The notes under the pieces were generated by a model that did not search any database, was not told the DNA's origin, and saw nothing but the letters and a program-made list of their open reading frames with translations. The translations under genes were made by a program, and so were the position numbers. Shown one piece after another: positions 12,064 through 23,163 of a DNA stretch of 64,000 nt (positions are counted from its first letter, which is position 1; each line of letters opens with the position of its first letter). Location: the NCBI GenBank assembly GCA_964035575.1, contig OZ037835.1, forward strand, positions 2,170,001 to 2,234,000, read 5' to 3'. This DNA comes from Rhynchopus sp. YZ270_cl-10. Taxonomy: Eukaryota.

Positions 12064-15000
12064 ATGACACAATGCGCGGTTGTGCTGTTGTTCGTTACTA
12101 TGTGCAATGGCGCGACGATAACGACGTTGGACCGTGCTAAGACACTGCATTTTCTTCGTATTATGGGTGGTTCAACGGCACCGATGAACTCTTTGTTGGA
12201 CTCTTTCGCAACGAACACAAGCGCCGAGCTCGTGTACTCGGGGTCGAACAACATTAACACGGAATTTGCCAAACCGAACATGGTCACACTGCTCAAACTG
12301 TACCAGAACAACCTGATGGAGTACTTCACCGGCGCCACGATCACCTCCTTCATCGAACAGGGCCTTCTCCGCCGGCTCGACAACCTATACACGCGAGAAG
12401 GTCTTCACACCACCATTCCCAAATCCCTTTCCGACACCTGCCGCCATCCGACCATCCCAGGGTACTATTGCGTCCCCTTTAACACCTATTCCTGGGCCAT
12501 GTACTATCGTCCCAGCGTCTTTGCATCTCTTGGCATTACAACGCCACCATCTTCGTGGGATGAGCTATTGTCTGCGTTCGCGAAGATGCGTTCCGCTGGG
12601 ATCACCCCGATGGAGTACCCTTTGGGATCCCCGTGGTATTCTGGAGCCTGGTTTGATTATTTAAATATGAGGGTAAACGGCGTCGATTTTCACCGCAACG
12701 TTACTCAAGGGAAGACCTCATACACTGACGAAAGAATTCACAAATTGATGGACTTCTGGAAGAACCTTGTTGACGAAGGCAACATGAAGCCGATCCCTGG
12801 GTCCTGGGCGGCGGTCCGCAATGGGCTGGTCGAAAAGCGTGTTGGTGTGTTTCTCATTGGTGATTTCACGCGCTGGGGGTACGCACCTTTGGATCACGAT
12901 ATTGACTTCTTCCGTTTCCCTATCGTGGACCCGACACTTCTTGTTGGTGAAGACGCTCCGTGCGATTCCTACATCATTCCATCAGGTGTGCAGGCAGGCG
13001 CTCCAGAAACTCCAGAATCGATTGGGCTTGAAGCGGAAAGACTGCTAGGCCAGATGATGAGCACAGAGTTTATGCTGAACAACTCTGCGATGTATTCTAT
13101 TCCAGCGAATTCCAAAGCAATGTCGAAGGCCGACGCACTCAGCGTCAAATCCGCTAAGCTGTTAAGCGACTCTGACGTTATTTTTCAGTTTTTTGATCGC
13201 GACTGCCCGCGAGACTTTGCACTACGCGCGATCAAACAGCTGACAATGTTTGTTAATGGAACCCCTAAGGGTGAAGTCCTCGCTCAACTCAACGCTGACC
13301 GCATGGACGTCTACTTTGGCCTTATCAGTCCACCATCTATGAGCCCCGAAGGTGGCACATTCCAAACCCTCGTCTCCATCTCGCTCTCGACCCTCACCTC
13401 TGGAGCGGACGTCTACTACACAACAGATGACTCAGTTCCGACCATTTATTCGTCGCTGTTTAACGCATCGCGTCCAATCGTTTTAAGCGAGGCGGGGACC
13501 TATACTGTCAAGGCCTTTGCCGCGAAGCGTGGGTTAGACCCCAGCCCGATGACGCAAATGGTGTTTGTCGTGACGTCTTCGGAGGAGGATAATGTGCTTA
13601 TCATCGTGCTCCCTGTGGTGGGTGGTGTGATGTTGGTTATTCTTGTGGTCGTGCTGTGGAAAGGGTCCGCGAACTATAGGCAAATGAGGAAACTTCTTTC
13701 CGCTGTGGCGCTGGCCGAGAACACTGCAGAGAGTGTGGCGGAAATGGACTTTGACGGCGTGCAGTTTCTCTATGACATCGAAAACCCATCACGCCTGCAC
13801 CTTGCGTTCATCAAGATCGTTCACAACCTCGAACTGTATAAGTCCTTCCTCCCTGCAGCGCTGCTGGAACGCCTTCAGCACGATGACTCTGATACGTCTG
13901 ACCTCCGCGCAACCGCTCCCGGTGTCGACACCCACACCGCTGCTTTGGTGTTCACTGATATCCGCAAATCGACGGTCATCTGGGAAGCCGTACCCGAAGC
14001 CATGAAGCGCGCGATGCGGGTCCACAACAACATCATGAGAGAGGCAGTAAAGGAGTTCGGTGGCTACGAAGTGAAGACGATTGGTGATGCATTCATGGTA
14101 GCCTTCGACTCGCCGTTGGACGCTGTCAAGATGGGGGTGGCTGCGCAGTTGCGCCTTTCGGAGGCGACGTGGCCAGCTGATCTGTCTGATCTAGGAATGT
14201 GCGCAAAACAGATTAAGTCGGATTCGAACAAAGTGCTGTGGTCGGGTCTGTCTATTCGCGTCGGCGTAAATTATGGTGAGGTGTCCGTTGAAGAGAGCGC
14301 GATGACCGGGCGTGCAGACTACTTCGGCCACACCGTCAACGTCGCAGCGCGCCTTGAGAGCAACGGAGCTGTGGGTGCGGTCACTGTGTCCAATGCGATC
14401 TGGGAGGACATCTCTGCCCGCATCTCCGGCTGCATCGCTTCCGCACCAAACCCGATCACCCTCGCAGGCGTGAAGGACCCCATCCCGGTCCGTTCTGTGT
14501 ACCCAACTGCATTGGCTGAGCGTGCCGTGCAGCCCTTGGTCATATCCTCTGCTGTCGCTGTGCGTGATTGTGAGTCTACTACGTCCGCTAACTCGAGGCC
14601 CACTACGGTAAGGAATGTGAAGAGCGCAATCTCCTCCGACCGTGGCAACATTGTACAGGCAAGCATTGTGACAGCAGAGCTTCTGACAGATGACGTCTCG
14701 CACGCTGTAGGCGCACAGCTGAGTTTGGGAGTGACCTTGGCCCTGCAGGCGTTGGACCGCTGCCAAGGCATGCTGATCGGTGTCGTCGGCAACAACGTCT
14801 GTGGAGGGTTCAACCTCACTGGACGCACCGCTTCGCACTCAGAAAACGCAGTGCGGTTTGCACAGCTTGTGAAGTCTTCACCTATTGCGCACTGTGTTGG
14901 CATCATGGCTGGCACCGTATGGCACGGCAACGTCGGTAGCACACAGCGTTTTGTCACCGCCTTCGGCGGGGCTGTCAAGGGAAGCCAGAAGCTCTGCACT

Positions 15001-15228
15001 CTCGCCTACGACCCGGGAAGGATTCTGTTCGCAATCGAACGGAGTGAAGAAGACCGCCCGGTCCCGGTCCCGGGCCCCAGTGGGGGAACCACCCCAGGTA
15101 GGGGGGGAGAGATCTCATCAGCCCTACGCAGGAACCTGAAAGACACAGACCTGAAGGTAAAGAACGCCGCTGTGTACGAGGTGGCAATGTCCGTTGATGA
15201 ATACGCCTATCCCGACAATGAGTGCTAA
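12064..15228 (+). CDS. Receptor-type adenylate cyclase: signal peptide, sugar ABC-type solute-binding domain, Fn3-associated/CHB_HEX_C module, TM, class III cyclase plus degenerate second cyclase domain (1054 aa)
   Basis: SBP-like motifs YYCVPF..WAMYYRPSVFASLGITTPPSSWDELL and DIDFFRFP. Fn3-associated motif PEGGTF..ISLSTLTSGADVYYTTDDSVPT. TM VLIIVLPVVGGVMLVILVVVLW. Catalytic FTDI, EVKTIGDAFM, IRVGVNYG and DYFGHTVNVAARLES, with ATP-specifying K and D present. Confidence 0.92.
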   Translation: MTQCAVVLLFVTMCNGATITTLDRAKTLHFLRIMGGSTAPMNSLLDSFATNTSAELVYSGSNNINTEFAKPNMVTLLKLYQNNLMEYFTGATITSFIEQGLLRRLDNLYTREGLHTTIPKSLSDTCRHPTIPGYYCVPFNTYSWAMYYRPSVFASLGITTPPSSWDELLSAFAKMRSAGITPMEYPLGSPWYSGAWFDYLNMRVNGVDFHRNVTQGKTSYTDERIHKLMDFWKNLVDEGNMKPIPGSWAAVRNGLVEKRVGVFLIGDFTRWGYAPLDHDIDFFRFPIVDPTLLVGEDAPCDSYIIPSGVQAGAPETPESIGLEAERLLGQMMSTEFMLNNSAMYSIPANSKAMSKADALSVKSAKLLSDSDVIFQFFDRDCPRDFALRAIKQLTMFVNGTPKGEVLAQLNADRMDVYFGLISPPSMSPEGGTFQTLVSISLSTLTSGADVYYTTDDSVPTIYSSLFNASRPIVLSEAGTYTVKAFAAKRGLDPSPMTQMVFVVTSSEEDNVLIIVLPVVGGVMLVILVVVLWKGSANYRQMRKLLSAVALAENTAESVAEMDFDGVQFLYDIENPSRLHLAFIKIVHNLELYKSFLPAALLERLQHDDSDTSDLRATAPGVDTHTAALVFTDIRKSTVIWEAVPEAMKRAMRVHNNIMREAVKEFGGYEVKTIGDAFMVAFDSPLDAVKMGVAAQLRLSEATWPADLSDLGMCAKQIKSDSNKVLWSGLSIRVGVNYGEVSVEESAMTGRADYFGHTVNVAARLESNGAVGAVTVSNAIWEDISARISGCIASAPNPITLAGVKDPIPVRSVYPTALAERAVQPLVISSAVAVRDCESTTSANSRPTTVRNVKSAISSDRGNIVQASIVTAELLTDDVSHAVGAQLSLGVTLALQALDRCQGMLIGVVGNNVCGGFNLTGRTASHSENAVRFAQLVKSSPIAHCVGIMAGTVWHGNVGSTQRFVTAFGGAVKGSQKLCTLAYDPGRILFAIERSEEDRPVPVPGPSGGTTPGRGGEISSALRRNLKDTDLKVKNAAVYEVAMSVDEYAYPDNEC

Positions 15229-15430
15229 AAGAGGTGATTTTGAGTGCAGATCCTAGGTGATGGTCGACACAACAACAACAACAAAAAAAAAAAAAAGGTT
15301 CGAGAGACTGCTTCAGCCCGTACCGGATTTTTTTTTTGAATTTTTCTTTCATCCGGATGGGGGTGCTGTGCATAGTGTGCCTGTATCAATAACTTCGCTT
15401 TTTATTACACATTTCCCATAATACTATTTT

Positions 15431-16626
15431 CATAGGTGGTAAGCTAATAAAGCCTAATAGGATATTAGCCTAAATTATTAGCCTATTTAAGCCTTATAGA
15501 ATAGGCTAATAAAACTGGAACAGGCTAATATTTTATTAGCCTATTCTAGTCCTTTCCAGCTACCACTGGTGGTACAGTGGTAGCTGGCTAAACCCGTTAA
15601 ACAAATCCGAAAAATCCAAAATTTAAGGCCAACTCCGTTACAGACACAACACAACTTATTTCCTTGCTTTCCGGCTTATTTATCGCACCGCAAAAGGTTT
15701 GTGTTTTTCACTGATGAACGTGAGTGAGCGTGCGCTATATCTGTGTATGTGATCGCAAGGAGGACAAGGCCGATTGCTGCGCGGTGGCACACCATTTCAG
15801 GGGCCCCCTCCAAGACAGCTGCCCACTCCCCGACGATGCATCGGACCAATGGCGGTGGGTTGTGGATCAGACGTCTTCCGAATGACCTGTTGTTGGTACG
15901 CCAGCTCAAGTCTCACCAGTTGGGGAATGTCCACGAGGTCGTCCCATTCGTAGGCCGAGTCGATGCGCCGCGCCTCGTCGCTGATGAGGAGGAGGGTACG
16001 TCGGAGTGTGCACAGTCGTACCCGACAGCAGAACGTCTGTCACAACACACTCCCAAATATGTGGTACAACAGCTGTGTAGACGCCAGACAGCACAGCATT
16101 CTAACGTAAACGGCTCGCGGGATTTGTCCACCCACTTTGGACCCATGCGGCATTGGGGTTCGGTACCTATCATAAATTCCATGCCCAGAGCTAGGAAATG
16201 TTGCAGAGGCACTCCTCAGTACAGTTCCACCCCCACAACTTTGCACCACTACAGGAACTGTCGTAACGACGCATGCACTGTTCTTGGGTTTGGCCTACCG
16301 CGAAGATGTCGATCCGGGAGGGCAAATTTGGTTTAGCTATCCCGTAAGTCGACTTCTCCCCAAGATGAGGAGTTGTGGGATGTAGAGGAGGGCTTGTGCA
16401 TCATGTGCTCTTGGTTTCGTGCCGGCCCTCTCTACGTCTAAGATGGCATATAATAGGCTATTAGCCCTATATTAGCCTATTATAAGACTCTTATAATAGG
16501 CTAATATAGGCTCTTTACAGGCTAATAATTTATTTTCCAAGCTAATATAGGCTAATAAAAGCTAATAAAATCTGGGATTTTCCCGAAGGCTAATATTAGC
16601 CTATTCTTGTTAGCTTACCAGCTATG
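15431..16626. mobile_element. Non-autonomous DNA transposon with TIRs and 6-bp TSD
   Basis: Left end CATAGGTGGTAAGCTAA, right end TTAGCTTACCAGCTATG. TATTTT on both sides (15425-15430, 16627-16632). Many subterminal TAGGCTAATA/TATTAGCCTA motifs and a decayed GC-richer core. Confidence 0.85.
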
Positions 16627-17156
16627 TATTTTGGTTACACTTTTTTTTGATTGGCCCCGTTGTTCTCAAAAAACCACTGTGTCTCATCTCCTAGGAAGAG
16701 GAGATACTCCAAAAAAATAAATGCAGAAAAAAGGAAGGATGTATGTGTACACCCTTTAGTGCTTACTGTTTGTGTTATAAATAGTAAGTATATGAATGTA
16801 TTGATTGGATTTTGGGGGATTTTTTTCTTCCCTGTCACAAAATCTTTGTATCAATCTCTTCATTCAAGTTTTCGTTCGTTAGGGTGATTTCATATACCAG
16901 GGGGATATTTTTTGGTTCGATATATGGATCATTGTGCTCTAGGTCCAGCACCATTTCGCGTACATTAATTATCGACTGTGGCCGCAGGGTACTTTGTGCT
17001 TTCATCCGTGGCTGGCATCGTATAGTGGGTCAGTCGGAGGTGCCTGCACCACTTACCACAGTTTATTAAGGTGACTAAGCACGAGAGGCTTAGGATGATC
17101 TTATAAACTTTTCTCTTTTTGTTAAATATGATAGAGGAGCAATGTGCTCTAGGTTG

Positions 17157-17211
17157 CAGCACCAATAGCGTATACTAATGCTGTATGCCGGTATAAAGCT
17201 CGTAGTTGGAT
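17157..17211 (+). rRNA. SSU (18S) rRNA-like fragment, conserved segment preceding V4 (isolated relic, not a gene)
   Basis: CAGCACCAATAGCGTATACTAATGCTGTATGCCGGTATAAAGCTCGTAGTTGGAT versus recalled eukaryotic consensus CAGCTCCAATAGCGTATATTAAAGTTGTTGCAGTTAAAAAGCTCGTAGTTGGAT. Confidence 0.6.
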
Positions 17212-18710
17212 CCAGAGCTCAGGTTGTAAGGTGCCACGGTTTTTTCGTGATGGCGTAATGTCATAGCGTTGGCTGTGGGTCAAACATCTTACATCAAGAC
17301 CTGTGCTCTATCAACGATGGTAATGGCACCCTAGTGGGCGGGATACCAAGGTAATTCATCAAAGACTCACCTTTCCAAGTGTGTGCATTTTGTTTATGAG
17401 GACAAAATACTTTGTGAATTTTTTATTTTATTTTACGCTCAGTTTGTGCGCGAGAGGCATATTTTTTCACATTTTTTCATTATTTTCAACTTATTTTGTT
17501 GTTTTTTGTTTTCCGTTCTCTCCCTCGCCACGCAAGCGAGTCTGGCCTAGCTACTGTTCAAATAAAATCCCTACCAGTTTGGGGTGTGTTGAAATTTACC
17601 ACCCCACTAGGCTCGCCCTCTCCCTTGCTCTCTCTCGAAATCCCCCCTTTAAAATAAATTATTGTATTCTTTCCCCATTTCCTCCCCCCTTTTTTCTCTC
17701 TCAATATATTTGTCTGAATAAGACGAATTGTCTACAAATAGGTGCGTTGTTTTGAATAAATTATGTGTATAGTCAACTCCAAGCCTCCTCGGAGTTTACG
17801 GAGTTTTGCACATAACTGATTTCAGCTTTGGGGGACAACGTGGTCCAAAGGCACGCCCTGTTATAGTTGGCATGTTTTGAGGGAAAGTTTAGCCCCCCCT
17901 GTGCGAAAACGATGATGAACAAAGGTGACTAAGCACGAGAGGCTTAGGTTCATCTCATCACGGATTTTCCTTCTTTTGATACATGAGGAAAAAGCAAAAA
18001 TGTCAGAAATTACTTTTTATTGTGTCTTTCTTCCGGAAACGCCTTTCGGGCAGTGCTCTCAAGATCCTGTAGGGGTGGGCATGTTTTCTCATGTGCGTTT
18101 TTCGATTTTTTTTTGAAAAATCGAGAAATTGATGACGTGTGGACACCTCGCTTGTTTCTCGTGTGAACTCCACACAAACCTTTTTTTTTTGGTGGAGGAT
18201 TATCCTCCATTTTTTTTAAATTTTGGCGGGCTCGCGTGGAGGAAATCCTCCGTGGGGTTATCTAGTGGGGAGTCACCCTGAGAGGGGGCCAATATTTCCC
18301 CGAGGGCCCGTAGGCACCGTCCGGGGCTGTACCATAATTTTTTTTTGCCTGCGGCGCCATTTTCGTTTTTTTTGCTACTCAAAAAAGGGTTTTATTGAGT
18401 GACGCTGTGGTGTAAAAGGCAGTATTTTTTACACGAGCCCAAATTTTTTTTTCGCCTGCGGCGCCATTTATTATTATTATTTTTTGCTCCGCAAAAAATA
18501 GAGTTTGCAGTGTCTTTGGGAACCCCCTTGCATTTTGCAGCCGAAAATGCTTAAAATTCTATCATGATTAAATTCTTGCAAAAATCGAAAATTCTGCAGT
18601 TTTCGAGGAGGATCTTGAGAGCCCTGCTTTAGGGGTTCCTTTTTTTTATCGTCGGTTGTCTGTAGGCTTGACATCGTATGTGAGTCAAGCAATGAGCAAA
18701 GCAAAACATA

Positions 18711-19086
18711 AAACAAAACAAAACAAAACAAAACAAAACAAAACAAAACAAAACAAAACAAAACAAAACAAAACAAAACAAAACAAAACAAAACAAAACA
18801 AAACAAAACAAAACAAAACAAAACAAAACAAAACAAAACAAAACAAAACAAAACAAAACAAAACAAAACAAAACAAAACAAAACAAAACAAAACAAAACA
18901 AAACAAAACAAAACAAAACAAAACAAAACAAAACAAAACAAAACAAAACAAAACAAAACAAAACAAAACAAAACAAAACAAAACAAAACAAAACAAAACA
19001 AAACAAAACAAAACAAAACAAAACAAAACAAAACAAAACAAAACAAAACAAAACAAAACAAAACAAAACAAAACAAAACAAAACAA
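18711..19086. repeat. (CAAAA)n microsatellite, ~75 copies
   Basis: Direct reading. Confidence 0.98.
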
Positions 19087-20185
19087 TGACATCTTTACCC
19101 CAAGCAGGCGCAAAGTTTATTTGTCGCCACAATATATAAAAAACCTTACTTTTGGTGCTTCCCGGGGGTGTGCATTTCACAAATTTTTACAAAAATTTTA
19201 AATGTGACAATTTTTCACAAGTTTTCACAACACGGAAAACCGCTATAAAATTGTGAAGGCTGGTGAGAAGTGGTGAAAAATTGTGGAAAATTGCGGAAAA
19301 ATGTGAAAAGTTGTGAATTTATTTTATTTTTTTGTGTGCTTTTTTTTTGGGTGGGGTGGTGACCCACCCATTGAAGGATACGCTGGGATTCACAAGATAG
19401 AACATGGTGTGGTGTACCTGTGTACCTGTGTACTGTGTGCTGTGCGGAAATGACGAGAACTTGTCCATTTCGGCAAATTGACCCCACCACTGGCCGGACG
19501 GATTCCGGAAATGCAAATGCCGGTGTTTAAAGGCTTCACCAACGAGAAAAAAAAGGGTAGTGAAAAGTTCTGAAAAGTTGTGAATTGAATTGAAAATTTG
19601 TGAAATGCATCCCCTTCGGGAAGCACCAACTTTTCCAAAAATAAAACAAGGTTAGTGCTCCAAAATTGGTTTACATACAAAAAAACCCCCCACCCTGTTG
19701 GAGAGAGTCTGGCTTCAATTACGCAGGCTTGCTCCCTTTCTCCTCAGAACAGAGGCTCCCCTCAACTAACGAAACAAAAAACGCATATCATTGTTTGTTG
19801 CGTTCTTTTTATTGCACATTTTCGTCTTTCAGTTTTTCCTTTTTTTTTATTGCACACTTTCTTTTCCCCTTCCCCTTGTACCAAAAAATTTAGCCTTTCT
19901 TCGTTAGGGTTGGGAGTACTTCTGAGCCCACAACTCTTCAGGAGAAAGTAGGCCCGCCGGCGGGCGAGCGGTTTTTGTACCGCCCCCATGCACACTACTA
20001 CGGGCAAGCCAATTAGGTTTCCTTTTTTTACATCTTCTGTTGTTGAACGCAGTGTGCCAATGCTGTTATAAGGATGGCTGGCATAGTACGTCAGTCGGAG
20101 GTGCTGCATCAATGGCTACCATTTTTGTACGAGTATGCAATATGTAATTGGTTGTCATGAGTCTCTTACCGTCTCCCCTTTTGGT

Positions 20186-20254
20186 CTGGGGATCTTTTTC
20201 CCACAAATTGTCAATATTTTTTTTTAAAAAATATTGTGGGAAAAAGATCCCCAG
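20186..20254. repeat. Short hairpin with perfect 21-bp arms
   Basis: CTGGGGATCTTTTTCCCACAA ... TTGTGGGAAAAAGATCCCCAG. Confidence 0.85.
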
Positions 20255-20279
20255 TTTAAAAAATATATATTATTCGTCG

Positions 20280-21023
20280 TAGAAAAAATGAACTTTTCCT
20301 CACGAGTGGAGATTTTCAGAAAACGAGTGTTCTTTTACCTCACGAGCGTAGCGAGTGAGGTAATTAGGTTTGTCCCACGAGCGCAGCGAGTGGGACAAAC
20401 CATAAACACGAGTTTCTGAAAAATTCACGAGTGAGGAAGAGCATTTTTTCTAAGAATATTATGTTTTTCTCAACTGAAGGAAAAGTGAGCTCCACGCGAA
20501 CCCTGTGGAGATTGGTGCGGCGTAAATATGCGAATTCACCAGAATCCGCAAACCCAGCTCGCGCCCATTTAAAGTTTGAGAATAGGTGAGGAAGCGATTT
20601 CCCCAATTCCTCCAATCATTCGCTTTACCTGCTAACCATTCATAATATCATATTCCCCCGCATCAGCAATAAAAGAAGGCTATGCCTATATCAAAGAAGA
20701 CCTGTGAGGCTGAAATGGAGGACGCATACAGTAAAATCACCTCGACTCTGAAGTCGGCCCCAAAATACGAAGCAGCATCAGGCGAAGTTCCTACACGATA
20801 TGTCTGTCAGGAGAGGTTCCCCCCGCAGGAGAGACACTTTACTACGTACTTTGTCGCACTCAACCCCATACTTTTCCTCAGCCTTACTTTTCCTCACACT
20901 TCACGTGTACCCCCCAGCCAAATAAAAAGTTCATTTTCCTCATACACACAGGAAAAGCCTATTTTTCGTCACACCAATCTCCACAGGGTTACGTGGAGCT
21001 CACTTTTCCTCAGTTGAGAAAAA
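20280..21023. mobile_element. Crypton-like element relic 2 (cruciform - IR - YR N-terminal fragment - IR)
   Basis: Cruciform at 20280-20452 with loops CGAGCGTAGCGAG and CGAGCGCAGCGAG. Inverted repeats at 20464-~20530 and ~20960-21023. Core reads (+) EMEDAYSKITSTLKSAPKYEAA/AKFL..ERHFTTYFVAL, paralleling relic 1. Confidence 0.6.
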
Positions 21024-23060
21024 GAACTTTTTAAAAAGTACTGTGGACCTAGAAAAGGACTGCTATCTAAAAATTTTGCTGTATTTTTTGCCATATCTCT
21101 CCAAAAAGCTCCTTGAAAATAGCAAATTATTTTTAAATAGAAAAAACGAATAATGAATCGCTTTACGGCGAATTTTGTTATTTTGTTCCCTTCCTCTCTC
21201 CCCTTCCCCTCGGGTCCCCGCATACAAACACATATGGTTGGGGTCCTGCACCGGTCACACTATGAGAGGGCTTTTGTATTGCAATCAAATTAAATTTTGG
21301 AAAAACAACATTTATCTTGTGCATCTACAGAACGAACACAACCCCATCTCCTCTCTCTCCCTTTTTTTTATGTTTACACATTTTTTGCTGTCGCCGACCG
21401 CAGGGTATTTTGTGCTTTCATCCGGATGGCTGGCACCCGCATCGTACAGTGGGTCAGTCGGAGGTGCATCGATTCCCAACATTTTTATATTTTTTGTGCG
21501 TGTATGTTTTGAAAGCAAAGTCGTTAAGATGGATAGTTTCGAAGAGCGAAACATAGCGTCATATAATGGCCTAGAATGTATGTGTGCAGCATTTTTGAGA
21601 GTTGCTCCTTCTTATTCTCTCCTTGTGGCTGTGCAGGAAGAGTGTCCATCTGACAACATTTTTTACTTTCTTGTTTTTCTTTTTTATTTGTTTTCTTTGC
21701 CTATGAGGACCCCCTCCCCAGTGAACCGTTTGAGACCCTGCTCTGGATTTGTCAGTCATGGCTAGCGTTGTCATGATGTCTGTAGCACACAAATAAGACC
21801 GTTGTATTCTGTATCACAGTATCTCACAAATCCCCCCAAATTTCAAACAAAAAAAACACAGTGGAGATTGCACAACTGTGGCAACACAACCGAGGCAACT
21901 ACACTACTCCAACAATTTATCAAAAAAAAAAAAAAACAATGGGGTTGTGTCACCCATTCCTTAAGGATTTTATACACCCTACTGAATGCAGGTTCCTATA
22001 TTACCCCCTTTCCTCACTGGGCCCCCACATGTGTACACTGCAGTGTTCTGCCCCCCTAGGAGCCTCTCCCACACAGGGACCTCCCCCTCCTCCCGTGGTG
22101 CCCCTCCTCCCCACCCCACTTCTTTGTGTTTAGTTTTTTTTATTGTTCTTCAATTTTTTGTCTTTTTCTTTTGCGATGTAGAGAGGTGAAGAGGGCCAAC
22201 GGTCTTCTTCTGTCTGGAAGATGTGGTTTATACATTGTTCGCCACTTCCCAAGCAGAGTGGGCAATCGAATTCGCTTTTTTCCCCTCGGTTGTTGGGTTT
22301 TGGATTTTAGGCAAAAATGTTTAACGCATTGCCCTACTTTACTTGTTCAGTGTTTTCCTCCCTTATCTAAAGATTGCTTTTTTTTTTTTCAAGGTGACCA
22401 AGCACAGAGACATCTTATGAACCTTTTGTTTACCCCATTCATTTTCTTTTTTTATTGTGCAGCACTCCGGGGGGGGGTTCGATAACCCGCAGAATGTCAG
22501 TGCTTGTGTCCCAGAGGCGTTTTGCACAATATCAACGTCACTTTGTTATTGGTTTTTTTTTTGTGCTCTTCATCTTGAGTGTGCTCATTTGTGGCGTCAA
22601 ATGACGACGTACTGTTTCGATAGTGCCGGAATATCTTTTTATTAAGACAAATGCTTTGTGGGAAATGATTCAAACATGTGAGACTTTTTTGTTTTGTTTT
22701 TGCGCATTGACGTAGGTAGTACCAACTAAAACAAAAGACGGGTTTTATATTATGTGTCTTGCAAGGCTTCATTCTTAACTGTCGTACGTTCAGTCGGAGT
22801 TTTTATTATTATTTATTGTGCGAACAGAAAACAAGTCTGCGACAAGGATCTCACAGGACAACGTCGCAAGCAAGAAGGATTCCTCATTACTGTAAAACGT
22901 AAAAGAGGGTCCCAAAGAAGAGTTATATTGTTATTTTTATTGATTTTTTATTTATTTATTTATTTTTTTTGTGGATGAAGTGGGACGAGCCAAGGCTAGG
23001 GGGGACTAGTCTAGTCAAGGTTGATCGAAACGAAAACTAACGCTAGCAATAGCAGTGGTT

Positions 23061-23163
23061 CTTTGGATGAAACAGGTCAACCGAGCGATAGCACACAGAC
23101 TTGATCTGGTGCAAGCCCGCGGAGTATCTGCCCTATCAGCTTTTGACGGTAGTGTAGTGGACT
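23061..23163 (+). rRNA. SSU (18S) rRNA-like fragment, V2/helix 11 region (isolated relic)
   Basis: TCTGCCCTATCAGCTTTTGACGGTAGTGTAGTGGACT closely matches the recalled eukaryotic SSU segment TCTGCCCTATCAACTTTCGATGGTAGGATAGTGGCCT. Confidence 0.6.

Noticed and set aside
18477..19201. ORFs of FCFVL / TKQNK repeats
   Set aside because: Translations of the (CAAAA)n microsatellite.
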